DNA of 55,241 nucleotides, filler included, from Bipalium vagum (GCA_037834085.1; 3 parts of 3 records of this genome joined end to end with filler, not necessarily neighbours in it), one strand, 5' to 3'; counted from the first letter of the whole stretch, positions 24,601 through 38,200 are shown. Numbers and translations: made by a program. The notes: generated by a model not told the origin, from the letters alone.

Positions 24601-25479
24601 ATGAATAAAAATACGTTTGTTTCTGAACTTTTATAAAACATTTACACATTACCAATTCTTCCTTTCTTGTCAACCTTGCAAATATTTTTCTTTCGTTTCT
24701 TAAAAATTGTGCCCAGTTATAAATGAAAATATTTATGGTTATCTCTCTTCAATATTTTTTCATAGTTTCTGCTAATCAGTACAATTTTTTCTATGTTGGG
24801 AGCACCGATCAATTTGAAGTTCGAGTTTTTAAAAAAATCGATTGTAAATAGTATTGGTACTTATGACAAGGGTTAGCTAAATTTTGAAAATTCGAGTCAA
24901 AATATATTTGAAAAAAATTTAGACAGGACACAGTAGGTAACCTAAAAATCATTAGTAAAACAAGTAGAATTTAAAAAACTTCATTAAGAGATTTTATAAA
25001 TAATAATTATATTATTTATTTTTATTTACCAAAAAATCATTATCTAGATATTCTTAACAAATATAAAAACATTGAGGATGAAATACATGGACAATAACGA
25101 TAATATTTACAATTCAGAGTAAGTAACGATTATGTTGGACTGACCTCTGTGAATAGAGAACCATTCTATGGATTTTCGAACAACAAAATCGTTAAAATCA
25201 ATCTGATAAAATGTTAAGGACAGATGAAAATAGTTACATGTACGTAAAATGAAAGTGTCCAATTAATCATTACTAAGAGACCATATGAACAGCTTTCTAG
25301 TACATTTGATTAATGTCACCACATATCTTAATAGAAGAACATCACTAAAGACATGAAGAAATAATTAACAAGATCATTAAAACTATAGTGGCCATAAAAA
25401 TGCATGCAAAGGCCAATCAGACCACATGGAAATCTTTAAGAACGCGAAAAAAAATGAAAGATATATAATAATAAGTACA

Positions 25480-25650
25480 GAAATCTGGCACGAGTAGGTC
25501 ATAAAAACTCCACTTCCCATATATGATATTTCGTGTTATAATTGCTTGAATTATCATAATAATAAAAATTGCTTCTGGAAAAACTATTTGCGAATGCCTT
25601 TCCAAATGTTCACAGCAGCATAAATCGCAAACTACGACTATTTCGTAACT
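25480..25650 (+). mobile_element. Possible non-LTR retrotransposon ORF1 (gag-like knuckle) remnant
   Basis: CYNCLNYHNNKNC followed after a frameshift by TICEC..KCSQQH, resembling the tandem knuckles of I/Jockey-type ORF1. Confidence 0.4.
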
Positions 25651-27299
25651 GAAACATCCACTTTTCCTTACTAAATATTTTAACATAATCCGCTTCACTT
25701 TGCTATTTATCTCTAATTGCTTCCACGGCGATTTGCACAGAAAGTCGTTAGCACATAAAAGTACCAAATTAAAAACAATAAAATTTTTTTATTCAAATTA
25801 TTGAAAAATAAATTTATATATTATCATAAAACTGTCAAAGTCCGCATCACAAATGCTGAAAATCTGTTCCAGTCAAAAGTTTCATACTCTCAAACCGAAA
25901 TATCGAAAACAATTTCTAATTTACTATTAATAGCAAAAATACTTTAACAATTCTTTTGTTCAATATTTCCTATTTATCGTATTAAAAAGAAAATTCACCA
26001 ATTGCTTTGCACTATAATTTTTAAAGGTTAAAAAAACTATAAAAAAATTTTTGTTTTAATTTTCCACTTTTTAATAATTTTAAACATCCGGGAAATTTGA
26101 ATATTTTTCAAAAGTAAACCAAAATGACATACCTCAATTTTTGGTCCCTATATAAATTTTAAAAAATCTAATTAAAAAATTCTCCTAGAAAACGTTCCGC
26201 AATTTTAAAATATTTAATTAATAAATTATTTCGTTTTCACAAAAATTCTTAAAATATATACGCCCATTATCTGGCGGCAAAATCGAAATTAAATACCGAA
26301 AATTAACTCATTGATTTTTATCAATATATATATAATAAAAAAGAAAACTTTATTTCAACTATTCAACCACAAAAAAGTCAAATCGTAAATTATATCGAAA
26401 GATTTTACATCGAAAATTTTCGATGAATAAATTTCAAATATGAAATGGCAGGTGCGATGAAAAATAAAATCGATTAAAAGACATCATTTTTCCGATGGTA
26501 ATTGGGAATTAATAATTCCCAATTTAATGTGTATGGCATTCCATTATGAAATTTCACTTTCTTGCAAGCAGAAAATCACGAGTTCTTGAAATTAGGTGAT
26601 AGATTTTTGCAAGTTAATATTAATGACTTACCATAAAATCGATGCAAGCAGAAATACAAAACATGTAATAGTACAAATGGAGTCTGGAAATATCTAAATA
26701 ACGACTAACCAATCGCCAAAGACGTCAGAAAATAATTATTGGACAATAACTAAAAAATAGACAGACAGTCAAACACACACACTCTCATACAGTCAATACG
26801 AACAAGTTGATTTTGTGATATGCTCAGCTAATTTCCGACAAAGCATTGGGTCATTGAAACAGTAACACACATTGGATTTCTTGATCTAAATATATGCCTA
26901 TATGTGTAAGCAAATCCATAATTGTGTGTCATAATATCTGTGTGTCGTTGTCCTTGTGTCTGATAACATGCACGCACGCAAATATGAACAGGACCATTCA
27001 GGATATTGAGATACACACACAAATAGAGTACAATATTCGGTTACAGAATCTCGCTTTAGCCATAGTCATAATTACACACACAGCTCCAACACAGACAATA
27101 CACACCTAACAATTTGTTTGTCTGCAATATCCTTTGTACTTTTATTTGGAGCATATTTTTCAATATAAATATGCTTAAAATTGATATCTTGTTATTGAGT
27201 TTTATTTTACCAATTTTCGTTGTTGTTTTTGTTTGAAGATATATATTATTTTTTCACCGTGTTTGGCTTTAATCATTATTCTAGTATTTAATCGATACA

Positions 27300-29724
27300 A
27301 TGTTTATTTTACGGTGAGTTGATTTCTTTTATTGTCCATGAAATGTTATTCACAGTCGCCATTTCATTTAGAATAGGAGCTGAAGCTTTGAAAAATTCCG
27401 ATCATGGTTTTTGTAACCATTGTTGCACGAACAGTATTAGACATTCCAATCATGGAAAAATGAAAAATAAAAACCATTTCCAAATCGATAATTACAACGA
27501 TAATGAACGACCGGTCGATCAGGGAATTCTCTACAATCTATTGAACAAAAACAAACAATCTCCCCAATTAGACCGGAATCACAATATCGAAATGAACGAT
27601 TTGTCACGAGTTCTCGTCAATGATAGACCGAACAGTTCCGATCTCGAATCGATCAAACTTCTGTCCCCGAACACATCGTTGAGACCGTCATCGGCACCGA
27701 CGACCATCCGTTTCCATCCTTATTATAAACCGAACAAGACCGACAAAGACGACCATCACAATCACAAAAATCATTCAGAACCGCTGACCAACATCTATCC
27801 TAATCAACTGTTGATGGATTGGCTGACCAACAACATTCTGTTGATGAAACCCAACAAATCCAGTGATTTAATGGTTCTGAATGTTTTCCAATTACCAGAC
27901 ATTGATAGGACACGAATTCTGAAGCAATCGTGGCATTTGATATTTGTAACGTATCTCGTAGAATTTATCCAAAACAGCCGCCAAAGCACCAAGTCGATTT
28001 TAAGTATTTTCATTAAAGATTACAACAAAACGGAAAAGATCGGCAATTACAAAAAGCTTTCACGACTGACAAAGGTCTTCACCAACGATTTGGAAGATGT
28101 TATCAATCAAATGATCTCGCTGAAACTGAAGCACAATTTGCTGGAATTGTTGAGAATAGCTATTTTGTTTGCAGGTTTTGCTTTTTCTTATATTTATTTT
28201 CCATAATTTATCGATTGGTGTTATTTATATTTGTATAATTAAAACAAAAAAAGATTTTTCACGGAAATATCAACCCATTGATCGATAATTGAAACAAAAA
28301 ATATTTCCGAACTTATATAGACTTGAATTAATGGTTGATAAAAATTTCTTCAATAAGATTTCTTTTTAAAAAAACCTCTGAAAAATTATCTAAAAACAAA
28401 TTATTGAATTAAATATCAATGATTTCTAATCTCAACAGTAAATATGCTATTTTTAGTAACAAATTTGTACTTTGATTATTAATTTAATGACAACAGCATT
28501 CCAATAAAATTAGATCACGATCTAGGATCATTTAACAACTTGAAAACAAAAGTAAAAATATAAAATGTTATTTTATGATTGGTTCCACTTTGTTACTTAA
28601 AACAGATATTTAAAAATTTTGTTTTAATTATCGTCCGAATTTATTAAAATTATTTTATATTTTTATGTTGATATGGAACGATCACAAGAAACGGGGAATA
28701 TCAATAATGGCATTTAGAACAAACAAAAAATTATTGGTAGTCGATATATAAAATACATTATGTAAGAAGAAAAACAAAAATTTGTAATTCAAAATGATTT
28801 ATTTTTTTTTGAAAGGCTCAAGCAAGTGCTAAGCAACAAAATTTGTATTTTAAGAAAAACAGTCTCGTTCTATCTACTTTCTAACAGTTTGCTGCAACAT
28901 TGCAATAAAATCTGAAAAATTCTATTTTCTTATATTTCTTAGTGTCAGAATAAGGAAAAAACATTTCCTGCTCTTAGTTTTCATGAAATATGTTTGGAAA
29001 TATTATTTTAAGAATATATATATGGATGAGGTCGTCTACTATGAATAAATAAGGAGTAAATTTTACAACTAACTTGGAAAGGGGTGGTGTAATTTACTCG
29101 TATTGATGTATTTGGTTCATGGAAAGCATTTGATCAATTTTTTACAATGTTTACAAATAATTATTTTTTCTGTCAGTCTATTTTTATTTGGAAAAATATG
29201 TTGTTCATTGGATTATTTAGTAATATTTATAATAATAATAATAATAATAATAATAATCAAATTGAATCTTTTTTCATTTTTTATTTCAAATTAATAAATA
29301 ATAAAATATAATTTTTTGAAATAAATATTATTTATAAATAAATTAATTAATTTAAAATCAATAAATAAATTTAAAATTTAATTTAATTTAAAATTAAATA
29401 GTTAATTAATTTAATAAAAATAATTTAAAATCAATAAAAAAATTACCATTTTAAATAATAAAGACGTTTTATAAAATAAATAAATTTTTAAAAAATAAAT
29501 AAAGGCTCTATCTTTATTTAGACAATCACGAAGATATCAAGAAGAAAAATATAGAGTTATTGAAACCGATATTGGGTACGCGGTCCAATGAATATAACAA
29601 ATTGTTTGATCAGCTTCTGGAAAACCTTTTCAAGCTTGACGTATCAATGATTGAATCTGTGTTTTTTAGTCATTTATTCCAATCTGTCGACAGCATTATT
29701 GATGAGCTCTACGCTAAACTTTAG
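27300..29724 (+). CDS. Nuclear receptor lacking a DNA-binding domain, DAX-1/SHP (NR0B)-like, 3 exons, 339 aa
   Basis: Exons 27300-27313 (ATG TTT ATT TTA CG|gtgagt), 27372-28174 and 29522-29724, phases consistent. LBD signature VFQLPDIDRTRILKQSWHLIFV, LLRIAILFA|D, and C-terminal IESVFFSHLFQSVDSIIDELYAKL. N-terminal NR box QGILYNLLNKNKQS. The LBD call is strong; the 5' end and subfamily are less certain. Confidence 0.82.
29229..29257. repeat. (AAT)n microsatellite in nuclear receptor intron 2
   Basis: About nine tandem AAT units. Confidence 0.85.
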
Positions 29725-30199
29725 CTCTTACGGCTCTTGATAAAAAAATCTTGAAATTTTATTTATATATTACTATCCAGATGGTGATATTCTCCCTGTG
29801 TGTTTCATCTGTACATTGCTTAAATGGAATTCAACAATACCATGTCCATATGAATTTGACAATAGGCTCATTGCAATTTTAAGACCATTTTCGTTGAAAT
29901 AAATTTTTTATTTATTTTATTTTATTAAACATTTATTGATATTCGGTTTTCTTTTTTAATTGAACCAATTAATGTTATGTTATTCCGGTGTATGGATTTC
30001 TTTTTATTTTGGGTGCTAAGTTTGTTATTCATAATTAATAGACCTGCGTAGACTCGACCGACCTCAAAGCACTTTTTCAGTATATCACCCTGTGGAGTAG
30101 ACGATTCGGATTTCTCAACTCAATTATAAAAATATTTTTGTTCGAAAATAATCGAAATATCCCCAATATAAATTTGGGCTTGTGTCTTATGAGTGTAAA

Positions 30200-30830
30200 T
30201 AGAATTGTAATGTAAAGATGCCAACACTATGTATATAGTTATTTGCATGTGGTAACAAAGTCTAAAAAAAGGACCAATTAACGTGTGACTCAAAGGTTTT
30301 GATGTGACATATTGGAGGACAAGACTGGAGACTAAGTTAAGTAAAGATGAATTGAAAGCGAATCTTGGTGTTTGTAAGTCAACTGTTTCTCTTCCTTAAA
30401 GATCAGAAGTTTAATCTTAAGTACTTAACTATAACACGATCTGAATGAGAATCAGGTTGATTACAATTGCAAGTCTAAATGATCTTTTTAATCTCAGAAT
30501 ATAAAGGTGTATTGCATTTGACAGTTGCCCACACTGATTGGATGTTGCTGAGCAATGAAACTTGCGTCCAATCTGTCTTCATGAAAAACCATGATGGATA
30601 TAAATTTCAGATATTACTTGGATTCATTTGTTACGGCATCTTAGAACCTGAATGATAATATTGTAGGTTAAATTGAGATCATGCTAAAAAAGTTGGTTCA
30701 AAAACCGTCAAAGTCTAAAATGGAAAGACGCCAATTTTATTTAGCGATAACGCTGGACAACGTGTATCTGGAGTACCAATAAATATGTCGGTTTGATTTA
30801 AGAAGTATGTCTCATCTGATTTATTTAGGT
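30200..30830 (+). mobile_element. Highly decayed mariner-like remnant
   Basis: LEDK...KDELKA-like N-terminal stretch, LGVCKSTVS, and an ..DNAGQRVS (HDNARPH-like) motif. Confidence 0.45.
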
Positions 30831-31656
30831 GGTCTTTGACTATTATGGTATCTTTTATTCAATCTTTTATTGCTACTAACAGGTTCCTGAATCAAGGTTC
30901 CGTTTAATGATCGGTTTTCGAATTAATAGGTCCTGGTTTTAATTAAATAACTTAAATCAATTAGTGTCTTATTAATACAATGGTATTAAAAACAATGGGA
31001 AATAGTTCAATTAAAAAATATTATTATTATTATTAAAAATAATAAATCTGTTCAATATTGTCATCTTGACTTTTGATTAATCAAATAAAAAACATCTTCG
31101 ATACCACAGATGGTAAGGTTTCGGTTGAATCATAATTGGTTTTGGTTTCAAGAGTAGCGTTTTAAGGATTGAATGGGGTTTTAGGGACAAAAAAATCAGT
31201 TCAGAACCGCTTTTATTAAAAAATTATACGCGTACAAAATAATGACCGATTTTCAAAGATATGCAACTGATGTCCGGAATGTGGGGTTGGTTAATAATTA
31301 TTGAATTCGGTGAAAAGCGGTAGAGTCGGTAATAAGTCATTTTGCAAAGAATATAATAATTATCACAACAGTGACTAAATTAAAAACCCAGGTTTTCAAT
31401 TTGTGCTTATTTGATCCCCCAATATAAAATGGCTTAATCCTCAAATAAAATTTATTTATGTTATATGGGTTCTGTGAAGAGTGATGGAAACGAAAGTGAA
31501 ACGTGAATTGTTTATTGAAATTGCTTTTATTTTTTGACATAGTATCCAAAAAATTCAATACGTTTAGTCCAGTTCTTAAATAAAGCTATGTCATGTTTGA
31601 AGTGTGATTCCGGAAGGTATGCAAAATACTGGTCTACCGCTATACAAAAATTGGTA

Positions 31657-31735
31657 AACCTCTATATAACGACAGTTTGGCGTTCCCAATGGGTGTCGTT
31701 ACAAAGAGGTGTCGTTATATAAAGGTTCCATTGTA
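31657..31735. mobile_element. Miniature inverted-repeat element (pogo/Tigger-like TIR)
   Basis: AACCTCTATATAACGACA (31657-31674) and TGTCGTTATATAAAGGTT (31710-31727) are 17/18 inverted matches; the right end finishes CCATTGTA. Confidence 0.55.
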
Positions 31736-31739
31736 TTAG

Positions 31740-31980
31740 GTTCTTCGTTTGATAAAAAACGAATCTCTTGGAAATTTTTTGAAAAGATAGAAGTTATTTG
31801 GAGCCAAATCTGGAATGCAAGGTGCTTCTTCAAGCATATAATAATCTTTGATTTTTGCCTTAGGCAAAACACTTCTGTGAATCTCTTTTTCTTCTGTAAG
31901 CCAGGTCTCTTTTACCAATCATTTTATGCAACTGATCTATTGGCCTCTCTGCAGAACTCTAAAAGAAATCAATTGACATG
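31740..31980 (-). mobile_element. mariner transposase remnant
   Basis: LEEAPCIPDLAPNNFYLFKKF (YSPDLAP motif). Confidence 0.7.
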
Positions 31981-33284
31981 ATCACGGTGGACCACATGAG
32001 GAGACATAATTAGAACGACACCTCTAGAAATTGACGACGTAGTTTGTAAACATCACATTGTGATAAAATCGAAAAAATCTTTATTTCATATTGCACTTTA
32101 ATTCATCGAACACATTAAAACAAACTTAAATAAAAAATAATATTAAAATTTTTAAAATAAAAAAATGAAAAGGAAATTTTTATTATTTTAAGAGCACAAG
32201 ATATGATAAAGAAATTCTTGACGGAAATCCCATCAATTATTTCAGCGAGGATTATTCTGAAAGCACGGTTCACAAGAGCTATGCGAATTACCAAAGTCAA
32301 AAAGAAATTAAAAATTGGTGATAAGTAAATAAATTTCACTGTAAAAGTAGGTGGGTCAGTTAAAAAGTGTCTAAAATCAATATCACTAAATTTGGTTATA
32401 GCATTTAGTATTTGTGACCAAATTACAGTGTTATTCAAAACCATAACAACGTGTATTACAAAATTAGGAAATTACCGAATATTAACCTAAATTATTTATT
32501 GAATAAATGGTTCTTTTGTTCTAGCTTTTTGCAACCACCGTCTCATACCACTGAATTATCATAGAAATAAGCACACCTATTCTTTTTGATTAAAAATAAA
32601 TTGCTCTGTTTCTGAAAATTGAGCATGTTTCACTTGAATTGTTGCTTTACATGTTTGCAAAGCTGGGACAAATGTAATTCCATCTTCATGAGATTTAATT
32701 AGTTTACCAATAGTAAACCTACTTAAATCGACAGCTCTTTAAATATTATTAATGTTATGTTCACAGGAAGTGTGCATACCTCTTGTAATGTCTTACATTT
32801 CTTTAGTAACATATTTTTTTGTTTAATATATTAGGCATCACGGATTAAAATAAGAATTGTCAATAAAAATGACTTCAGATATAGTAAACGAATATTATAT
32901 TTAAAACAGCCATTCTTGATAAGGAATACTTGAAATGTGAAACTTAAATTACATGTTGTTATGGTTTTGGTAACCACAGGTAACAAGAACTGTAGAATTG
33001 GGACATTATTAGGACAAATGAACACCTATCGTTAGATTTCTTTCTTTTGAATTTTTGGAACTGCGTGGTTTGCTAGAGGCTTTAAAACACTCGGCTTATA
33101 ATATTTTAACATATAGGTTCCATAAAAAGTTATAAAATCTGCATTTATAAAACAGTGTAAGAACCAATATTTCTATGGTATTTTTAAGTCATATTTCAGC
33201 ATAAGAAATGTAAAATTTTGTTTAAATCAATCACTTTATTATTGTGGAGTACATGTTTGTATTTGATTTATCATTTATTATTCT

Positions 33285-34060
33285 TAATATGGAAACGATT
33301 GATTATCTCACAGTCATCAGACTTTTTTCTTATGGCATTAACTACATCGGAAATTCACAGTAAAATGATTAAAATATTAAACTGGTCTGTATTTTCACCT
33401 TCTATTGTCCATCAATGGGGTTTCGAGTTTAATTTTGATTAAACAATCATCAAAGAGGATGTTCATACTGAACGCCCTACAAGTGCCTCAAACCAGAAAT
33501 CGTTAAACGAATTCATGAAATTTTGCTAAGAGATCCAAGTGTGAATGTAAGTGTTCATCATATTTATTAGAAGATTTTTAAATGAAAAACGTATTGAAAA
33601 AGTGTTGCTGCATTCCTTAACCCTTCAACAAAAGATCTTCAGAAAGCAATTTTTGGTAACATTTGAATCTTCTTAATAAAAATAAAATTTATTTTATGTG
33701 TCTTTACATAACTATGGACGAGACTTAGATTTAGCACCATTATCCTAAATTGAAATGAGAGTGGATCAGTTGCATGTAATAATTCGTGAAGAGTCCTGAT
33801 TTACTGAAGAAAATCATTTTAATCAAGATAATTCAGTTGTTCGCATAAGTGTTTCGCCAAAGGCAAAAATCATAGAATAATATTATCTTTTGTTTGAACC
33901 TTATTGGTCAGATTTGGCTCCAGGTAACTTCTACTTTTTCAGAATATTAAAGCATTTTTTCAATGGAAAGAGTTTTTCATCCAATGAAGATAATGCAGAT
34001 AATTTTTATCGAGTATTCGCTTTGTGAAGAAATAGAAACTTTTAGACCTCAAACCATTTC
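33285..34060 (+). mobile_element. Decayed mariner element
   Basis: N-terminal LTTSEIHSKM...VHQWGFEF..EDVHTERP, then ITMDET*I*HH and PYWSDLAPGNFYFF. Confidence 0.8.
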
Positions 34061-36494
34061 ATGTTAACATATATATGAGACCAGTTATTTATCGACTCTT
34101 CATAATTAGCAAAATATTTAAAAAATTTATTAAATCGTACAAAATCAGCTTAGACTATGGCCCTTAAATTCTAAAATTTCTTACAGACGTAAAACTTTCG
34201 ATTTAAACCGCCAAGCTCCACATCTATCATTTTTCCAATGACACCTTTCAAGCAGTTATTTTGCAAATGTTAATATATTTTAGCCTTATTTATTTTACGT
34301 CGTTCAGGACACTGATTCCAATTCCAAGCCGCTCAACTGAGGGATTACCAAATTTTTGAAAGACATTTTATAAATATTCTTAATAAGAATAAAAATTCTA
34401 AGATGTACTGACATCATATTTAGAAATACAGTTGCTCCAAAAAGTAAGTTAACAAACCTATATATATTGTATTTTAGCCAATAGTTTTTAACAAAATAAG
34501 TTTAATTAGATGAGATTTAATCCCTCAATATACCTTTAAATATTAAGGATTAAGACTATATCAGTTCTTCTGGATAATAAGTAATATTTGCGTATTTTTT
34601 TAGTTGTCAAAGTTAAGGTTAACAATTTAGCCCTGTCATAAGTAAGTTACCAAATTTTTGAAAGATAACTATACTTTAATTATTAACAAAAATACATGTA
34701 GAATCCTTCTCTAACAGGTAAAGAGCAGTAATTAAAAAGAACTATTTTAAAAATAAAATATATTACCACAATTTCTCAAAGTATAAAATTTGTTTAAATA
34801 AATAATTTTAATTTTTGAATACTATTCAAATTAAAGGTTAATATTTTAAATGTGACCATGTTTAAACATTTTACGGATGAAGAAAGAAGAATCTTATTAG
34901 TAATGTATGATAATCCTATCTGAATATGGTAACACTTTTACCATAAAATAATTTTAGGAAGACAATGTTAACTTACAAGATCAAAGAGCCCACAAAACAT
35001 CAGTGTTCCTTATTTTGAATTTAAATTCCTAAAAAAATGCAATGGTTCTAAACAGTTTTAATTTAATTTTTCATTATCACGAATAAACGTTTCCATGGTG
35101 ATAGATAAACAAAATAAGTAAAAGTGAACAGAGACAGATATATTTAAATATTAAAAGGTCAAACTAAAGTTAGCATAGTTCATAGAGTTTTTTGTAAATC
35201 CTAAAGCAAATTTCTTCAGCAATCTAAAAATAAAAAGAAAATATATTAAATAATACGCATCAGCAATTATCATGTTTGAACTCTTCTCTATTTAATGAAA
35301 TTTATTTGAAAAATGATACAGATATTTTAAACCCCATTAGAATGAAGACTGAAACCTGATAAATCTTTAAAAGTCTTTTATTACAGAAACTATAAAATGT
35401 AGAATTATAGTTAAATGTGATTGGTTGAATCATTCTGTACATTTAAGAACTATTAGTAACATAACATTTCTTCAAAATGTGATTTATTTTCTCATTATGA
35501 ACAATTATTTTATCAATATAGATATGAAGTTTAGCTGCTGCACCTTTTTTTCTTTTTAAACACCTGCTATACTTATCAACATCTTTTAAAATAATTTTTT
35601 CTATTATTTTCATTTTGTTTTAATATTACTATAAAATTGAAGTTAATGATTTAAAATTATATTTAACGATTTATTGATATTACACAATTTATTCTTCCTT
35701 ACAACACTTTATTTATATTAAGAAATATTTATTTTCAAAAGATTTTAGGTGAAGATGGAATTTTTATATTTTAAAAATAAATAATATTTTAAAAATATAA
35801 TTTCATTTAATAATTAAATATTTTAAATTAAAAAATTTAATATTGAAAAATATTTCTATTTTATAACTATAATACATGACGATTTTATTTATATTTTTTA
35901 AAGGTTTTAATTTATTTTACTTCTTAGGAGCATCAGAAAAAACTTTACATTATAGAGATATTTTTTTAATATTTAATAAAACGAGCTCTGATTTTTTAAA
36001 TGTTAAAAATGTTCAGATTTACTTCTGATTTTCACTTAGCCCATAAATATGTTACCTTAAGATTTCATTAATAATTTAGAGCATTGATAATTACACAGGA
36101 TATTCTTGAAGCTGCTGATCTGATAAGACAATAAAATTAGGAAGCAGGATACATAATTATTCTTTTTTTGTTTTATCTGATGATACTCATTAAGGTAGAA
36201 CTACGAAATGAGGGAGAAAATTAATTAGAAATAATACTTTTAAATATGTTATATGGTTGAATGAAACTTAAGAGATATTCTTTTTTTATAAATTATTATT
36301 ATATTTATAAATAATAATAAAAATAATAATAATAATACTATTTAATATATATATATATATTTATTTGTTTATTTATTTAATATTTTAAAATATTTATTAT
36401 TATATTTGTAGGAATTTTAAATATTGTGCTCTTTGATAGATAAATGTCACTGTCGATTTGAATAAAACAAATAAATTTTATTTATATTTATAAG

Positions 36495-37100
36495 TACGAG
36501 GTGCGGATAAAAGCGTTAAAGTATCATTCTTACGGAAATGTAAATGAAATTAACATAAAACATTTTTCGAAAATCAATGAATACGGACTCATTTTTCTAT
36601 ATAACCATCTTTTGCTTCCAGGTACTTCATCCAATGAATTTACTAATTACCAGGGACCATTTTCGAATATACATACATATTTTCATTGTAAAATATTGCT
36701 CTTGTCTTAAAGATCCTTTTTTTTTGTTCTCGTTAATGTTTTCTCAAATGATTAAACAAAAAGAAATCACTAGGAGTCAAATCAGGACTATAAAGTTTGT
36801 ATGATACCAGCACGAAGCATGCTAAAACAATTAAATTTATAGTTCGGTGAGCTGTCTGAACTGGAGAGTTGTCATAAAAAAGATTGGGGCTCCGTTGTCA
36901 CTTTCTGACAGCACTAACAAGTGCATAGTAGTAATTAGAGTCGATGAACCCAACCTTTGAATCCCAAAACGCATTAAGCTTGGGATATTTTCAATGAGAT
37001 GTCTTTGAACGAACCATTTTTTATGACTTTTCCTTCCACGTTTGACATACGGAACATAAGTACGCATCTCATACTTCATTATAATATTCTTCAAAGAACT
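36495..37100 (-). mobile_element. Decayed mariner element
   Basis: TIR-like TACGAGGTGCGGATAAAAG at 36495; minus translation LYSPDLTPSDFFLFNHL. Confidence 0.75.
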
Positions 37101-38200
37101 CTGTCCAAGAACACTGAGAAAGGCTAGATTTTCTTGGCATGCTTGTATTCACTTTTCTGACAAAACTGATGTCAACCTAAGCCTAACTTTTGAACCTTTA
37201 TACGGATCTAAATTATTCAAAAATGGAGAAAAAATTCTTAACACTGTTCCTCAAAAATGACAGCTTTGATATAAACATTGAAAAAGATTTATTATTATTA
37301 TTATTAATTATTATTACAATTAATATCTAATTTCAAAGTCACCAATAAATTACTTTTGCATGGAATTTTTCCTAGAAATTTGATTTGATAGACACATTTA
37401 TTATTTTTTGGCTTCGATTTCATAAAGTATATCTGCTTAGAGTTGACAATACACCGTCCAGAAATGAGTTTCGGTATCAAGACCCTTTCACATTTACCTT
37501 GACAAAGCAAAACAAATAATCAATCTCTCGTGAGATAATTTACTTGAGCAAGGAATCTGATCGACCTCCTGTGAGTTTTCATCACACGTTGGACTGTTGT
37601 AACGGGTATAGATAATTGAAGCTGATCCATTCTTGCAAACTGACAGACGATAATAGTTTTCTTTGCAGGCTTTGCCAGATACTTTTAAAGAGAAATGATT
37701 TAAAAAACAATAATTAGGCTTGTTTGATGAAAGAAATTCATTTCAAAACATCATGTGCCAATAAAACAATGTCCATTCCATTAATATAAACAAATAATGG
37801 GTATTATGTTTATTATTTTTATAGTGTAAGTAATCATCATCATCATTATATAATTAAGGTACACCCTTAATGTCACTGATGAAATATTGTTAAATCGGTG
37901 AATAGTCTGAGAAGATTTGATTCCAGTTTTTTTTCTGAAGTAAAGTGTGTTACTGAAGAGCGATACTTATGGTGATGAAGTTATTATTTGTCAGAACAAA
38001 ATGTTTAATTGTTTTGAGTTGGTGCTGACTATCTGTAATCATACCCGAAAGAAGGTTGACAATGAAATCGTCAACAACCTTCTCAGGTACATTTTCTTAA
38101 AATGGAAGGTTTAGATTTTGTGATTAGTTTATGTAGAGAACATTGTAGAGAAGCTGTCAAATATGAAAAGTGGTTCTATTTTAAAAAGCGCATTCTCATA

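Noticed and set aside
32440-33230. Decayed coding-like sequence on the minus strand (THAP- or TE-like)
   Set aside because: No diagnostic motif could be established
37870-37985. CTGATGA and CTGAAGA hammerhead core hits
   Set aside because: No pairing stem II followed by GAAA
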